Under the pieces are notes generated by a model. That model searched no databases. It was not told the origin of the DNA and saw only the letters and a program-made list of their open reading frames with translations. A program made the position numbers and the translations under genes. From NCBI RefSeq assembly GCF_009914755.1, contig NC_060933.1: a DNA stretch of 64,000 nt; one strand, written 5' to 3'. Of this stretch, positions 27,140 through 40,236 are shown piece by piece. Position 1 is the stretch's first letter. Each line of letters opens with the position of its first letter. Source of the stretch: the human T2T-CHM13v2.0 reference genome, Homo sapiens.

Positions 27140-28084
27140 TGCCCACTTTCATTTGCACATAGTTCCGACGAGCTCAGTGGCTTGGCTTCCCAGCCCCCAG
27201 CAGATTAAAAACAGCAAAATTGGAAGGAAAGAGACTTCTATGGCTAGGAAACTGACATTAGGAAAAGTGACAGGTGGCAGGTGAGCAGCAAGGACAGAGA
27301 CAGGAAAACAATATAATCAGACATAAGAAGCCCAAGCCGCGATAGTCTGGGGTACTTGGTGGAAGGATGAGCCGCCCACTTACAGACGTGCAGAGCCTTC
27401 GCTACTGTATCGGCGAGGTTCAGTAATGCTGGTTCCCAAAGATGAACCTTTGTCATCAGAGGACGGTGACGGTATGTCACTTCAACATGATATTATGCAC
27501 CTCTTATCCAAGAAACTGATAGGACAAACCAGTGTTTGACAAACCTATGTAATCATAATTAGCATGTGGAGAGAGCCCAACTGTCCATCTGGGTCCAGAG
27601 TGGCTCCCTGGAGAGCCCTTGTGCAGTGCAAGGCAACAGAAAGACCTCCAGGAGGTTGGTTGCTGATCGAGACCCGCCACGCCCCCACTCCTGGTTTTGG
27701 TACATGCCTATATCAAGCCATCTCCAAACTGGCCGGTGAACATGGAAGACAAATCCAAAGACGCCTCATGTTTCAGAATCACAGAGTCCCGGGGCTGGTC
27801 CGAAACTTGGCGGCCACCCCATGTTCTCCTGCCCAGGGCTGGCAGTATTCCCATCACATGTTTGCCCAGCACCTCTTGCCCACCCTGGGTAGGAGCTGCT
27901 AATTCAGAACATACCTGTCAAATCTAATGGTTGGGAAAGTCTCCCTTCCTGGGAGATAGATTTTATGTAAACAAGATGATGGCTAAATGAAAAAATAGAA
28001 TAAATACATGAAAGCACAGAAAGGATAGCATTCCCCAGACTGGCCTTCTGGATTTGGGGATGTGAAATCTTTGTAAAGGGGGCC

Positions 28085-29410
28085 ATGTGGGATGGTAGGC
28101 AGTGTGCAATGGGACAAGAGCCACAGGGCTGGTGGTCTCCACTCAGATCCTGGCTCCACACTCACTGGCCATGTGATCTCCAGCAAGTCATTTCGCCTCT
28201 CTGTGTGTCAGGTTTTGCATTTATAAAATGAGGACGATCCTATCTTCCTCACAGTGCTGTCACATGTATTAAATTAACAAATACAGGTAAGGCCCCTAGC
28301 ACAGGGCCCAGCACAGAGTGAACACTCAGTAAGGCCACCATTGTTAACCGTGCCTCCTGCGCTCCACAGCCACCCTCGGGCCATCCCAAAAGCAAAGCCA
28401 GATTGGGCTTGGAAAGCACAGCTCTGTTCACATCGAGCTGCTGTCAGAAATCCTCGATGGCTCCCCACTGCTTACACACACAGCTAAGAGCATGGGCTCT
28501 GAGGGCTCAAATCCCAGCTCTGCCACTTACCAGCCGTGTGACCTTGGGCAGGTGACCCCGCCTTCCTTTCCTCGTCTAAGGGAGGAGGAAGGGGAACCCC
28601 AACAGTCCTTCTCTGATGGAGTGGTGGCGAGGGCCGAGTGAGTGAGACAGCTCTGGGAACAAACATAGGCTGGTGCCCATGGCCCACTCACACTCGCTGC
28701 ACCTCCCTACCACACGCTTTCATTTGTGCTAAACCTCTGCCAGCTCCGGGGTCCGAATAAAACATGTGGTCTAAATGCGGAAGACGAGAGGCGCAGAGGG
28801 AAGCAGGCCTGTGCACAAAGGTGGAGGCCTCTGGAGCGGTTCACCCCATGCCTGTGTGTGCCGCCGAATCCGCCGAATGCATGCGAGGTACATGAAGAAT
28901 GGTGGCCAGCACTGGGATCTTTCTATTTGCCAGAAACTCTTCTAAATGCCTTACTTGCGTCACCTCATTTAGTCATCAGAACAATCGTATGAGGTAGAAA
29001 TGATCACTATTATTATTGTCCTTGTTAAGAGGCTCAGCCTAGCGGTGAAGGGCAAAAGGTCTGGAGCAGATTCTTTGGATTAAAATTACTAGTTGTTCTA
29101 TAACCTTGGGCAAGATTACACCTCAGTGTTCTCATTTATAAAATGGGGATAATGATACCTCCTTAGACTGCTTAAAAGGATTCAAGACTCAATGCATGTA
29201 AAGCACTTAGGAAGCCGCCTGGCCCATGTAAGTGCTCCCAAATGTCAGTTATTACCTCTGATGCCTGTTACTGCCACCAATGTACAGAGGAGGCAATGGA
29301 GGCTGAGAGAAGTGAAGTAACTTGCCCATGGTTGCACTGGCAGAAAATGTGACAGGTTGGGGGTTTCTAGGATTAGAAACCCTAGCAGTCTGTGCTCTTA
29401 ACCACCAAGT
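28085..29410. mobile_element. Cluster of MIR elements (+ ~28085-28340, + ~28487-28560, + ~29030-29250, - ~29270-29410)
   Basis: Repeated MIR core motifs such as tgccacttaccagccgtgtgaccttgggca and tataaaatggggataat. Confidence 0.7.
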
Positions 29411-32400
29411 TCCACTGGGCAAAAAGCCCCTCCTGGGGCTCAAATCTAAGATGTGTTTGCAATGAAATCAGGCATGGTGGGAGGGACCTACTGGATCTTT
29501 GAAGCTAAGGGGTAAGTTCAGGGCTGGGGGACCAAGTGCAAAGCCCATGGAGGTACAGCCAGCCCTGGACTAGGAGTCAGAAAACCCCGCACTTCCTCAC
29601 TGTGCCCTCGGGCAGGTCCCCTCTCCTCTGTAAATGTCCTCACCTGTGCACCTGATGCCCAACCCCAGGCCACCCACCAGAGGGAGATCAGCTAATGCTG
29701 CAGAGACAGGAGGAATCCATAGTCATCGGCTTCTCTGCCCTTTGTCCAGGACCGGCTGACAGCTCATATTATTTTAAGAAAAAGTCAATAGGTAAGTATC
29801 CAAGCCTCTGATAGGCTTCTGATTTCTTGTAAAGGGACTGAGGCCCATCACGAATCCTAAACCAGTGCCTCAGCTGGTCCAGGGGGCAACGGGATAGTCG
29901 ATGTCACAGTGCCAGGCTTGGAACCAAGAAAGTCCAAACAGACAACGCTGATATTTTGTAACGCCAGCTCCTACACCTCCAATTATTTCCTCAAACCAAG
30001 CAGCAAGGAGGCCCATACGAGACAGGCAGGCTGAGCAGGTGCACTGCTCGCCAAGGAAAACCAAGCCCATCCCACAGAGGCACCTCCCAGGGTGCACAGC
30101 AAATTAATGTGCTGCAGAGAACATGCATTAAATTGTGCTGCTAGGCTGGTGCTGCAGGCTACCAAAGTGCCAGCCCATCCCTCTCCAGCCCTCCCTTCCC
30201 TGAGAAGCAGATCAGGTGCCAGGGCCGAACTATTTCACAGAATCACCGGCTGCTTTTGCTAGCCACCAGCCTAGCTCAGGCTCTTGCTTGCAGGCCACTG
30301 CTGGTTCTGGGTCTCGGTTTCCACTTTGTAAAACATGATTGATCACCCCTGCCCTGCCTCCCTCATGGGTAATCAGAGCCCCAAATGGGATCACAGAAGT
30401 GAAAGTGCTTTGTACAGTGCAGGGGTAGGGACGCCACTAAACAGGGAACTCCATGTGGGGACAGGTACAAGAGCCAATCAGGCCTGGGTTCAATTTGTCC
30501 ATAGATGGGGAAATTGAGGCTCCAAGAGGTGAAGGGTCCTGCGCAAGCTCTCACATGTAGCAAAGAGCAGATCTGAGATTCGGTTCCTGCAGTCAGACTG
30601 CAGACCTTCTGGAGGAGAAGGCACTGAAACAGGGCCTCAGTGTGTAGGGTTCCTTCAGGAGGACCTAGAAGGAGATTCGGGCTGAGTTGGGGCAGAGTGG
30701 GCAATGCAGTGGGCATCTGACTGCTGCCTCCTGTGAGCCTGGAGTGGCAGATGTGCCTGGGACTCAGTCTGAGCTTCCTCGGGTCCAGGCAGCAGCTGTG
30801 GGTAAGGTGTGAGGGCTGTGGGCCCAGAGGTAGGAACCGAGCTGGGCTTAGCAGAGGACATGCGACTGTGAGCGGCCTTCACGCTGGCTGGAAAACCGCT
30901 GTGGAATCAGGGAGCACCGGAGCTCGAAGGATGCTAAAGTTCAACCAGTTTGGGGGAGGGGTCGATCTGTTCCCATGAGCCTCCAGGGGGACCTCAGGGA
31001 CCTCTGGAGCTCCCATTCTTTCAACCAGTGAACCTCACTTCTAACTAGTTTACATCAGGCTTCCCAGGAAGATTCATCTGAATAAAGGTTTCTTCAAACA
31101 CACACACACATACACACACAAGCAAGAAAAAAACAAAACCTTAACAGTTGCTAAAAAAAAAAAATCACTAAATGCCTATTCTGCAGGTGAGAAGAAGAAA
31201 CTCCTGCAAGGGCAGGGTCTTGCCCAGAGGGCTGTGCACAGCCAGGTTTGGGTCCTGGACCCAGCATGGATCCTGATCCAGGTTTCCTTTCCCAGGTTTT
31301 CTCTGTTGCTTTCCTGCCCTTCCCTCTGTCTTCACAGAACACCTCTCAAGCTCAAGAAACTGATGCTCAATTTTCTTCCAGTAGTCCAGGGCGCTCATGT
31401 CCCTGATGAAGAGAATTACAACACTTTCTTTTGTGAGTAGATCTAAGAATGCCAGCATCTTCTTGGGCTCTGCAGACTTGGCCAAAGTCAGCCGTGTCCC
31501 TGGAGCCCGGGAGATAGGGCTGAGCCATCCTTGAGCCTACTGGTCAGGGGCAACACACACAGAAATCCGACTTCACAGAATTTGACTCTAACTTTTTCCT
31601 TCTGTGCTACCAGCAAATGCCTGTGCCTCGATGAGCCTTGCTTTACAATCCTGAAAATGGGAACCATGCCCCTTGCTCTGCCTCCCATGGTTTGTTCCTG
31701 GGTTTGGAAATGGAGGATGGAAAGAGGGAAGGAAAGAGAATGAGAAAGAGGAACAAGGCAGTCTTCTGGTTAAAACAAAAGAAAAGAAAGAAAATAGAAC
31801 ATTCAAACGTGTAATCCAACTCAGCACGAGCTTTAGTTTTAAAGTTCCACAGGCCAGTGCTTGCCAGCCCAGCCCAGCCAACTGCATATTATTTATGCGG
31901 CCTCAGGCAGGTTAATTTCTGCTCCTCAGTTTTCTTGTCTACAAATTGGGGCTAGTGGCACTATCTTCACAGGGTTGTCTGAGGTCTGAGCCACATCACC
32001 TGGAGAAGGAGGCACGTGGGGTCTGCATTCACATGTGTAAAGGGCCTCTCTTCTTCCCTCTGGTCTCCGGGCCCCAGAACCCCAGCAACCCCTCCCATCA
32101 CAGGCTCCTTCTGCCCCAGCCATCCCCACCAAATTGAAGCTCACCGGGCAGGAGGACTAGGAGAATTAAAACATGCAATCAAACAGCTTCTTGACGGGAA
32201 ATGCTTTGGAAATTTTCGGCTCCATTTACTTCTCAATCTAATTTTGTCCTCGGATGCACATTATGCGCGAGATGGGATCTCATGTGGTTTGCCCGCTCTC
32301 CGAACACCAGCAGGAGGCACCCGGCGTCTTGATTGCAGCTCCCGGCTCTCCTCGCCACATGAGGGGGCATAATGAGGGCACCCAGCAGGCTCTGGGGGCG

Positions 32401-33689
32401 GCCCTGGGCAAGAAGGCCTGGCCCGGACATCCTGGCACCCACTGGCCCAGCCTCTCCCACTAACACCCCTGGGGCAGAGTCTGGGGGTGTCATCCACAGC
32501 CAACTCCAGCCGCACTGCAGACACCCATCGCCACCGCAGCCCAGCTGAACCCCTGCCTGGCTCCAGCCACCTCTGATCCATGGGACCCTGCACTCCTTGG
32601 CTCCCCATCACCTCTGGATGAAGTCCAGACCCCTCATGCCCTCTCCTCCTGCCTTTTCCCAAGCATCTCTACTGGGGTGGTATAGGTTCCAGCACCCCCA
32701 CCAGCACCACAGCCCTAAATGGCTTGCTTTCCCCCAACTCGCCTCCATGCCTTAGCAAATGTTGCCGCAGAGTCCTGGCAGGCGCCAGGCAAATGCCACC
32801 AATATCATCTCCTGTGAAAGACCCCCCAGATGCCCTGGTCCTGTCCCCCACAGTCCCATGCTCCTTCTTCAGTGCTCTCAGAGCCATGCTGCTCCACAGC
32901 CCAGCACATGTCAGACTGCTGGGACAGCTGTCTAGTAGAAGACACTAGACCTAACCCTTCTGGTGCAGGTACTATGTCCTGCTCACTTCTGTTTCCCTGT
33001 GGTACCCATCACGATGTTTGGCGCAGAGCTGAAGCTAAACAAATGCCTAGGCTCATTCTTTCTTTCACTCAGAAAACATCTCCCAGGCCACTCCTCTGAG
33101 CCCAGCCTGCGCTCAGTGCTAGGGATTTTGTGCCCATAAGGACAGGAGGCTTTTTTTTTGAGCCCAATCGGTGTTACTTTCCAACCTCTCCACTGAGAAA
33201 AGCCACCAGCCAAAGCCCAGAAACTACCCAAGGGCTAGCCAAAGGGAAATGCCTGCCAGCCAACCCCCAGGACTACAGGGTTGGGGCCGGGCCACCAGGT
33301 CCTTGCTTCATTCTTCTCCCTTACTTTTTCCCCAGTCCAGGCATCCTCTGCAAGTCACTCAAGTCCTGAAGGACAGCCCCCACCCCATGGCCTCCTGATC
33401 CAGCCTCCTCTCCTCACTATGGCTTTCCTGGAGCTTCAGGGCTCCACTGCCACAACCCCCATCCCAAATCCAGTGCAACCATTTCGTCCTTTCTTCAGGT
33501 GGTTTCTGGCCATGTGCAGATTCCCTTGGGCTTTCATTTAATGCTGCCTCAAATCCTGTGGAAATGGATGGGCTATGGGAGATAACTGGCTGGAAGAACA
33601 AGGCCCTCCTAACTACCAAAGCCAATGGATTCTTTCCAGCCTTGTTACCTTGGATCTCTCTGCTCACTCTCTAAATCTTCAAATATTTT

Positions 33690-34176
33690 TGGCTGCCTGA
33701 CATCATCGAACATCCTTCTTTTGTTTGGGGCATTTTCCACTTTAAGAGTTCAGGCTTCTTGAGGCCAAAGTCAGAGACGTGATTTCCCAGCCTCCCTTGC
33801 GTGAGGGTGCAGGCATATTTTTGGGTCCCCCAAGTAGACACGTGCGTGTGAGTCTTTAATTCAGAAGCTGATGACACAAAGAAGCAGGCACCACATGGAG
33901 TCCATCTGCTGAGGCGGAGGTCCTAGTGGTGACATCCGGTGTCCAGCGACGGTTGTGTGAACCAAAGGGTCTGCGTCCACAGGCGACAGCATGGCCGCTT
34001 CACAGAGTAGTCCTGCAGCATGGGCCAGGCCTTATGCCTGACTGGGAAGCCTCCAAACCTGGTTCTGTGGCCCTCTTGGAGACCCTGAGCATCTTAACAT
34101 CCTTAGAAAATCCCTTTTCTGCTTAACAAGCCAGAGAGAATTCTGTTGTTTACAGTGAAGTCCTGTGACTGCTACA
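33690..34176 (+). mobile_element. ERVL solo LTR (LTR33/LTR16-like)
   Basis: Contains tttcccagcctcccttgc and aaatcccttttctgcttaa...gccagag...tctgttg; ends gactgctaca. Confidence 0.6.
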
Positions 34177-34289
34177 GCCTCCAAGATGGAGCGCATCTGT
34201 GGCGGGAGTGTCAATCACCACTCACTCCCCCACTCCGGGCTTCTCCATGGCGTCCTCCTCCATGGCGTCCTCCTCCTCAGCCACCCTGG

Positions 34290-35040
34290 TTTCCCAGAGT
34301 CCCTCTCCAGCTCTGCTCCTCCCCATCGTCCTTGTCTAAAGCTCTCAACTGAGTGACTCACATCCTCCCACCACCTGTGTCCATGCCCCCAGTCCTGACC
34401 CCGCCCCCACTGCCTCTGCACATTCCACCTGAGTGTCCCTGGGGTACCCCAAAGTTAAATATTCAAACCAGCTCCTCTTCCATGGTCTTCATCTCAGCCA
34501 CTGGCTCCATTATCTCCCGGGTCCCCCAGACTCCAACCAGGGGAGCCATCGTTGATGGCCGCCCACCTGTTCCTCACAAGTGACTATTGCCAGTTCCACC
34601 CCTCAAAATGTTTCCTCCATCCCCCTTTCCACAGCCTGGGTTCAGGTCCTCATCCTTTCTCTCCTGGGCTTTTACAGCCACCTGGGTCAGGTCAGGTCTT
34701 CCTGCGAGTCTCATCCTCCTTACCTCCACCCTCTGTCAAGACCCCACAGAGATTCCCCTGGAGAGTCGACTCTCCTCAGGGCTCCCAGCACCTGCAAGGT
34801 CTGCCCCCAGGTCTTTGGCAGCCTCAGGGACCTGGGCCCTCCCTCATCTCCAGCTGCTTTCTTCACTCATCCTTTATCATGCTGTTCCTTCTGCCTGGAA
34901 TGCTCTTCCCTCACCTGTTTCCCCAGCCTGGTTAATTCCTGCTCATTTCCGTGTGCTCAAGTGTCACCTCCCTCAGGAAGCCCTCCCACCCAGCCTCGGG
35001 AAGTGGCCCCCGTTGTGCACCTGTGACATCTGTCACATGC
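34290..35040 (+). mobile_element. Degenerate L2 fragment
   Basis: gctgttccttctgcctggaatgctcttccc...tgtcacctccctcaggaagccctccc. Confidence 0.6.
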
Positions 35041-35659
35041 CTCTCCTTATCATTTCACCTTTTAAAAACATTTACTGAGCACTTTTGATGAGCCAAGAGC
35101 CTAGCTTAGAAACCCACGTGCATGATTTCATTTAACCCTAGAACAACCCTCAGAACAACCCAATGAGGAGAGTGTTAGCCTCACTTCCAGGTGAGGAAAT
35201 GGCGTATCAGAAAATGTAAGTGTCCTTCCCAGGGTCAGCCGCTAAAAGGTAGGGGGGTCTGGGATTGGAGCCCAGCGCTGTCCGACCCCACGCCCTAAAC
35301 ACCTAATGGTGATGCTCTGTTGCTTCACCCCAGGGAGCTCCTGTCACCAGCCCAGGTGGCATAACCCTGGCCAAGGAACATCGCCTTGCTGAGCCTCAGC
35401 TTCCTCTTCTGTAAAACGAGGGTCAAGTCTTTCCCTGCTGCCCTCCCAAGATGGTAGGAGGATCTGAAAAATAACAGATGTAAAATCACTTAGTAAACTG
35501 TAGAGAGTGGTGCACATGCAAAGAAGGCATTAGCATACTTTCAGGGCTTGTCTCACCAAACAATTTCCTTGCTCACATTAGAATGAAAGGCCTTCTATCT
35601 GCTGCTTCTTTTAGAGTAAGGGTGAGGGAGGGCTCCCATCCCCTCCCTAGACCAGGGTG

Positions 35660-36080
35660 TCCCTGTGATTTTTAAATTCACTATCTAGCTGTCCCTATCC
35701 CCCCTCCCAAAACACAATTGTGATAGTCAAGCAAAGAAAGGTGAGAGAAAGAAGAAAATCCATAAAGGCTCGGCAAAGCGGTGGCGGTGGAATTCTCCAG
35801 CTCCTGACCACCAGTTAGTGACGTCAGGATTTATAACTGTATTAAATGGTCTGACAGGCAGCCTTGATATATCAGTTCCCCCTTCTTCCCAAATCACAGA
35901 CAATAAAAGCTTTGGCAGTGAAAGTCATTCATCATCATAAAGACCTGAGACATCCCAGTCATCAATTTCACTCACATCCTTAATACACTGGAGAGAGTGC
36001 AGGAGTTGAGCACCTCAAAAAGGGAGGAGGAAGAAAACACGAAGGAAGATTGAACAGGAATAATTACAAAGGTCAAAGAA
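35660..36080. promoter_or_regulatory. Candidate intronic enhancer with a full CRE TGACGTCA (35819-35826)
   Basis: Repeat-free block with a CRE, TGACAG and homeodomain-like motifs; function is inferred only. Confidence 0.35.
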
Positions 36081-36856
36081 GGGATTCATCCGGGAGGGTG
36101 CCGTGGGCAGAGCCTGTCCCTGCTGGAAGTGTGCTCAGGCCACAGAGAAACTAGGCCACTGATGGGCCCAGCCCTTAGAGAGGCCCTGAAGCCCAGGTGG
36201 AGAGGGGCCAAAATAGGCTGCAGGATCCGAGTGGGGAGTGTTGGGGGCATGGGAAGCCACACCCTGGCTCCATGGCCTTAGGCTGGGTTTCGCCAGGGCC
36301 TTTTATTCCATCAGCCTCATTAGCACAAGACGGATTTTAAAATAATGAAGCCACAGGTATCTGTTTGAAATCTACCCCCACCCACACTGGCACAGACGGC
36401 TATTTGTGCCAACCATGGTTTTCTTTTGGGCAACACCTTTTGAGCAACTATAACATTCGGGGCTGATATTAGTGGTTGTGAAAGACCCCATAAGGCTGCC
36501 AATCCAGCTAGAAAAGAGTAGCTGCCCAGAGCCCTAAGTGCAGCCTCTGGCTTCACCCCTCCCCTTCCCCCAAATCCAGTCACCTGGATCACACCTGCTG
36601 GCCTGCCCCGGGACCTGGGCCGAGGTTCCCCACCCCTCACCACCAGCACTTGGCATCCTTCCTCCTCTCAGGCAGGCCAGGCAATGGAGGATAAGAAAGC
36701 AGGAACTCCATGGGGTGCAGGTGTGAAGAACTGGGGACTTCATGACTTGTTCCTGAAGAGAACCAGACCTAAGTGGCATGATCCTTACCCTGGCACTTGG
36801 CCTTCTCTCTCCCAGACCAAGGAAGGAGGAAGAAAGTCTGTTTAAGAAAAGCAGTT

Positions 36857-36978
36857 GGCTGGGAAGGGTGGCTCACATATGTGGTCCCGGCTACTCAGGA
36901 GGCTGAGGTGGGAGCATCACTTGAGCCCAGGAATTTGAGACCAACCTGGGCAACAGAGTGAGACTCCATCTCTAAAAT
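36857..36978 (+). mobile_element. Free Alu monomer (FLAM)
   Basis: A single ~120-bp Alu arm. Confidence 0.85.
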
Positions 36979-37539
36979 ATTTGTTTTTAAGTAATGACAA
37001 TTATCTTTCTTATGCTTTTATTTTTTGCTTGAAAGCAAAAGAACAGAAGAAAGCTTTGGTCTAGGTGGGGAGTTTCTTGAAGCACAGGGCTCCCCACAAT
37101 GGACAACACACAGCCTGAGGGCTGGGAGGCTGCACAGCAGGGGCTGAGAGCCCTGAGGCTGCTGGGGCATGTCCAGGTGGCCTGGCCCAGGCAGGAACAT
37201 GAAAGAATACACAGCATGTTTCCCAAGAAAGAAGGAGCAATCATACCTGCTGTGTCTGCCCATCCACTCACCAAACCTTCACCCAGGACCTGCTAAGGCC
37301 TGGCCAGGCTGCATGAGGTCTGTCTGAGCAGGAGGCTGACCTAAGGGGATGCCAGCTTTTCAGGGGTGAGTCAACCCACTACCCTTCAATCAGATATCAC
37401 CCAAGAAGCCCCATCAGTCCCGGCCCCTACACGTGGCCTGAAATCCACCTATCAGCTCTGTTCTTCAGATAGGGGTCTGTCCAACTCAGACTTCCTCTGG
37501 CACACTTCCAGGCTGCCATGACTCACCAGGCTTTATGAG

Positions 37540-37797
37540 AATAGTGTGGCTTAGAGGTCAAGTGTGTGGTCTGTGGAGTCTGACTGCCGGCATTTAAAAC
37601 CTGGCTACACCACTTACAAGCTGTGTGACCTTGAGCAAGTTTCTATGCTTCTCTGTGCCTCAGTTACTGCACCAGTGAAATGAGGATGAGAAGAGTGACT
37701 CCCACAAAGGGTTGTTATGCAGATTAGACAAGCTATTAATAAGTCAAGGGCTTAGAACAATGCATGGTGCAGAGGGAGTGGATGGGAGAATCAGCTA
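37540..37797 (+). mobile_element. MIR SINE, near full length
   Basis: ggagtctgactgcc...ccacttacaagctgtgtgaccttgagcaagtt...cttagaacaatgcatgg. Confidence 0.8.
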
Positions 37798-38129
37798 TCA
37801 CTCCTGCTGGTGACTCTTGGCTCATGGGACCCTAGCTTGGGCCTGCCTCTCTAGCTGTTCAGGATTGAAACCAACTCTGGGGGAAGAGCTCCCTAGTCCC
37901 CTATCCTACACACCAGCCCCCTAAATAGGCTGCTGGGCCACACTATCCTTAACATGGGCATGTGACCCCATCTTGAACCTGGGTTCACAGAGGCATACGA
38001 AAGGAACTAATGGGTCTGAAAAGGCAAACACTTCTCTGGATGGGTTCATCCAGACAGGCAGCAGGTGCCCCTAAGCATTCATGCCAGAAACAACCTTACT
38101 AAACATTTATAGATGATCTCAGGGTGGGA

Positions 38130-38435
38130 GTAGAAGTTCTATGGCCTCACAGATAATGAAAATAAAAGCTAATAGAGATAAATTAGAGAGAGATTTTTTT
38201 CCTGAGCTGTGAACTTGGCCAAGAAAAAAAAAAGGCAGCAGACTAGTAGAAGCTAATGCATTTGGGAAGAAATAATAATTATGATAATATCTTGAATTCA
38301 AATGTGACTTTATGCTAATCAAAGATATGTATGTGAGTGTGTGAATCATGTCAATAACCTTGACAATGACCTAGAAGGGTAGAGTGCTGCGTGATTAGTA
38401 ACGACCAATCATAGCAGACAGCTCGTTGGTTTATT
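38130..38435. promoter_or_regulatory. Candidate intronic enhancer with overlapping POU-like (ATGCTAAT) and TCF/LEF (ATCAAAG) sites
   Basis: Motifs at 38312-38324 in a TAAT-dense non-repeat block; function is inferred only. Confidence 0.3.
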
Positions 38436-39739
38436 AATTCATCCATTCATTCATTCAATAAACACTTCCTGAGTACATACTATATTCCAAGTCCCATACT
38501 AGGCTGTGCTGGAGAAGGCAGAGACAATTCAGAATCTTGTAGACTAAGAAGAAAGTTAGGCTGGACACAAAGAATTATAAATCAAGGCACAATGGGCTAA
38601 CAGGCATAATGGTGGGCTGATCAAGGGCAATATGACTTCTGACTGTAGGGTAATTGAGGAGGGCTTCCTAGAGGAGGCAGCACTTGGGGAGTGCTCCAAG
38701 GAGACATGCACTGAAGGCACATGGGCAGGGACTGTCAGGCCTGCTGGTTCTTAAATCCCTCAGCAGTGTTGTGAGATCCTTTCACAGGCAAAGTCCTGGA
38801 CCAGCTCATCTTCACTTTCCTGCCGGGGAGGCCGGACCCCTGGCACAGTCAAGGTGGCCGGCTCTCCATGAGCTCACAAGAAAGGGCCCAGCCCCTTACA
38901 GCTTCTGGGCCATTGTCACACACTTTCTTTCATGTGCACTTCACCATAGTCCCGTAAGGGAAGAATGAGCCAGGATTTATAATTCCCACTGGGCAGACGG
39001 CAAAACTGAGGTTCAGAGAGGGGAAGGGAATTCTCAAAGTTACCAGGAGTTATGGCAGAGCTGGGATGAAGACCTGTGAGCCTGACTCCAAATCAGGCCC
39101 CTCTCTCCCTTTCACAGCAGACTGCCGCCACCTCTGGGCAAATGACAGAAGCACCCGAAGTACAGGAACCAGCAAGACCAAAGGCTTGGAGTCAGGGACT
39201 CCGCATGGCTGAGTTGAAAGATGGCAAAAAGACGGGCCTGGATAAAGGTTCCACTGGGCAGCTTCATAGATAGGCAGATAGAGGGCAGTGGATCAACCAG
39301 GCTGAGAAAGGAGGATAGGAGAGGGAAAAAAAAGACCCACTCTGCAAGGACAAAGGCTGAGTTCCACATGGAGGAAAGAGCACTAGAATAGGAGTCAAGG
39401 GATATGGGCTCCAGAGGTGTCTGACTTTGGGAGAACTTGAGTTCTCAGTCTCAGCCTCCCCATCTGTTCAATGATGGAATTGCACCTGGTGATCCCTAGG
39501 GTTTATCCAGCACCTATATTCCAAAGTCTCTTGACTCTAGGGAGGGCACAAATTATCTCAACACTGGGGCAGATGGAGGAGACAGAGTGAGAACCAGCCA
39601 GTGCTCACAGAGAGAGTGGAGAAAGAACAGGCAGAAACGGAGCAAAAGAGGTGCCCAGTGCCCTCACAGATGATGGGTCATCCAGGGGAACTACAGGACA
39701 CACGGTGCTCAAGGAGGCTTTTATATTTGGCCCTGGAGA

Positions 39740-40236
39740 TGTGGTAGACAGAAGAATAATCCACCCCCCACCCCAGGATGTCTACATCCTAATTCCCAGA
39801 ACCTGTGACTATGTGACCTTACATGGCAAAAGGGACTTTGCAGATGTGATTAAATTGAGGTATTTGCGATGTGGAGAGAGTGTGGATCACCCAGGTGAGC
39901 CCAATGTAACCACAAGAGATTTTAGAAACAGGGGCAAGGGGGTCAGAGTCACAGACAGAAGATGTGGCAGCAGAAGCAGAGGCCAAGGAGGAGAGAAGAT
40001 GCTACTCTGCTGGCTTTGAAGATGGAGGAAGGGGCCATGAGCCAAGGAATTTGTGTGTCCTCTAGAAGCTGGAAAAGGCAAGGAAACGAATTTTACCCCA
40101 GGGCTTCCAGAAGGAACACAGCCCACCACTCTTTGATTTTAGGACTTCTGACCTCCAGAACTTTACAATAATACATTTGCATTGTTTTAGCCCCTGGGAT
40201 TGGGGTAATTTGTTACAGCCGCAACTGGAAACTGCA
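39740..40236 (+). mobile_element. MaLR solo LTR (MLT1D-like)
   Basis: tgtggtagacagaa...ggcaaaagggactttgcagatgtgattaa...ttgttacagccgcaactggaaact. Confidence 0.88.
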
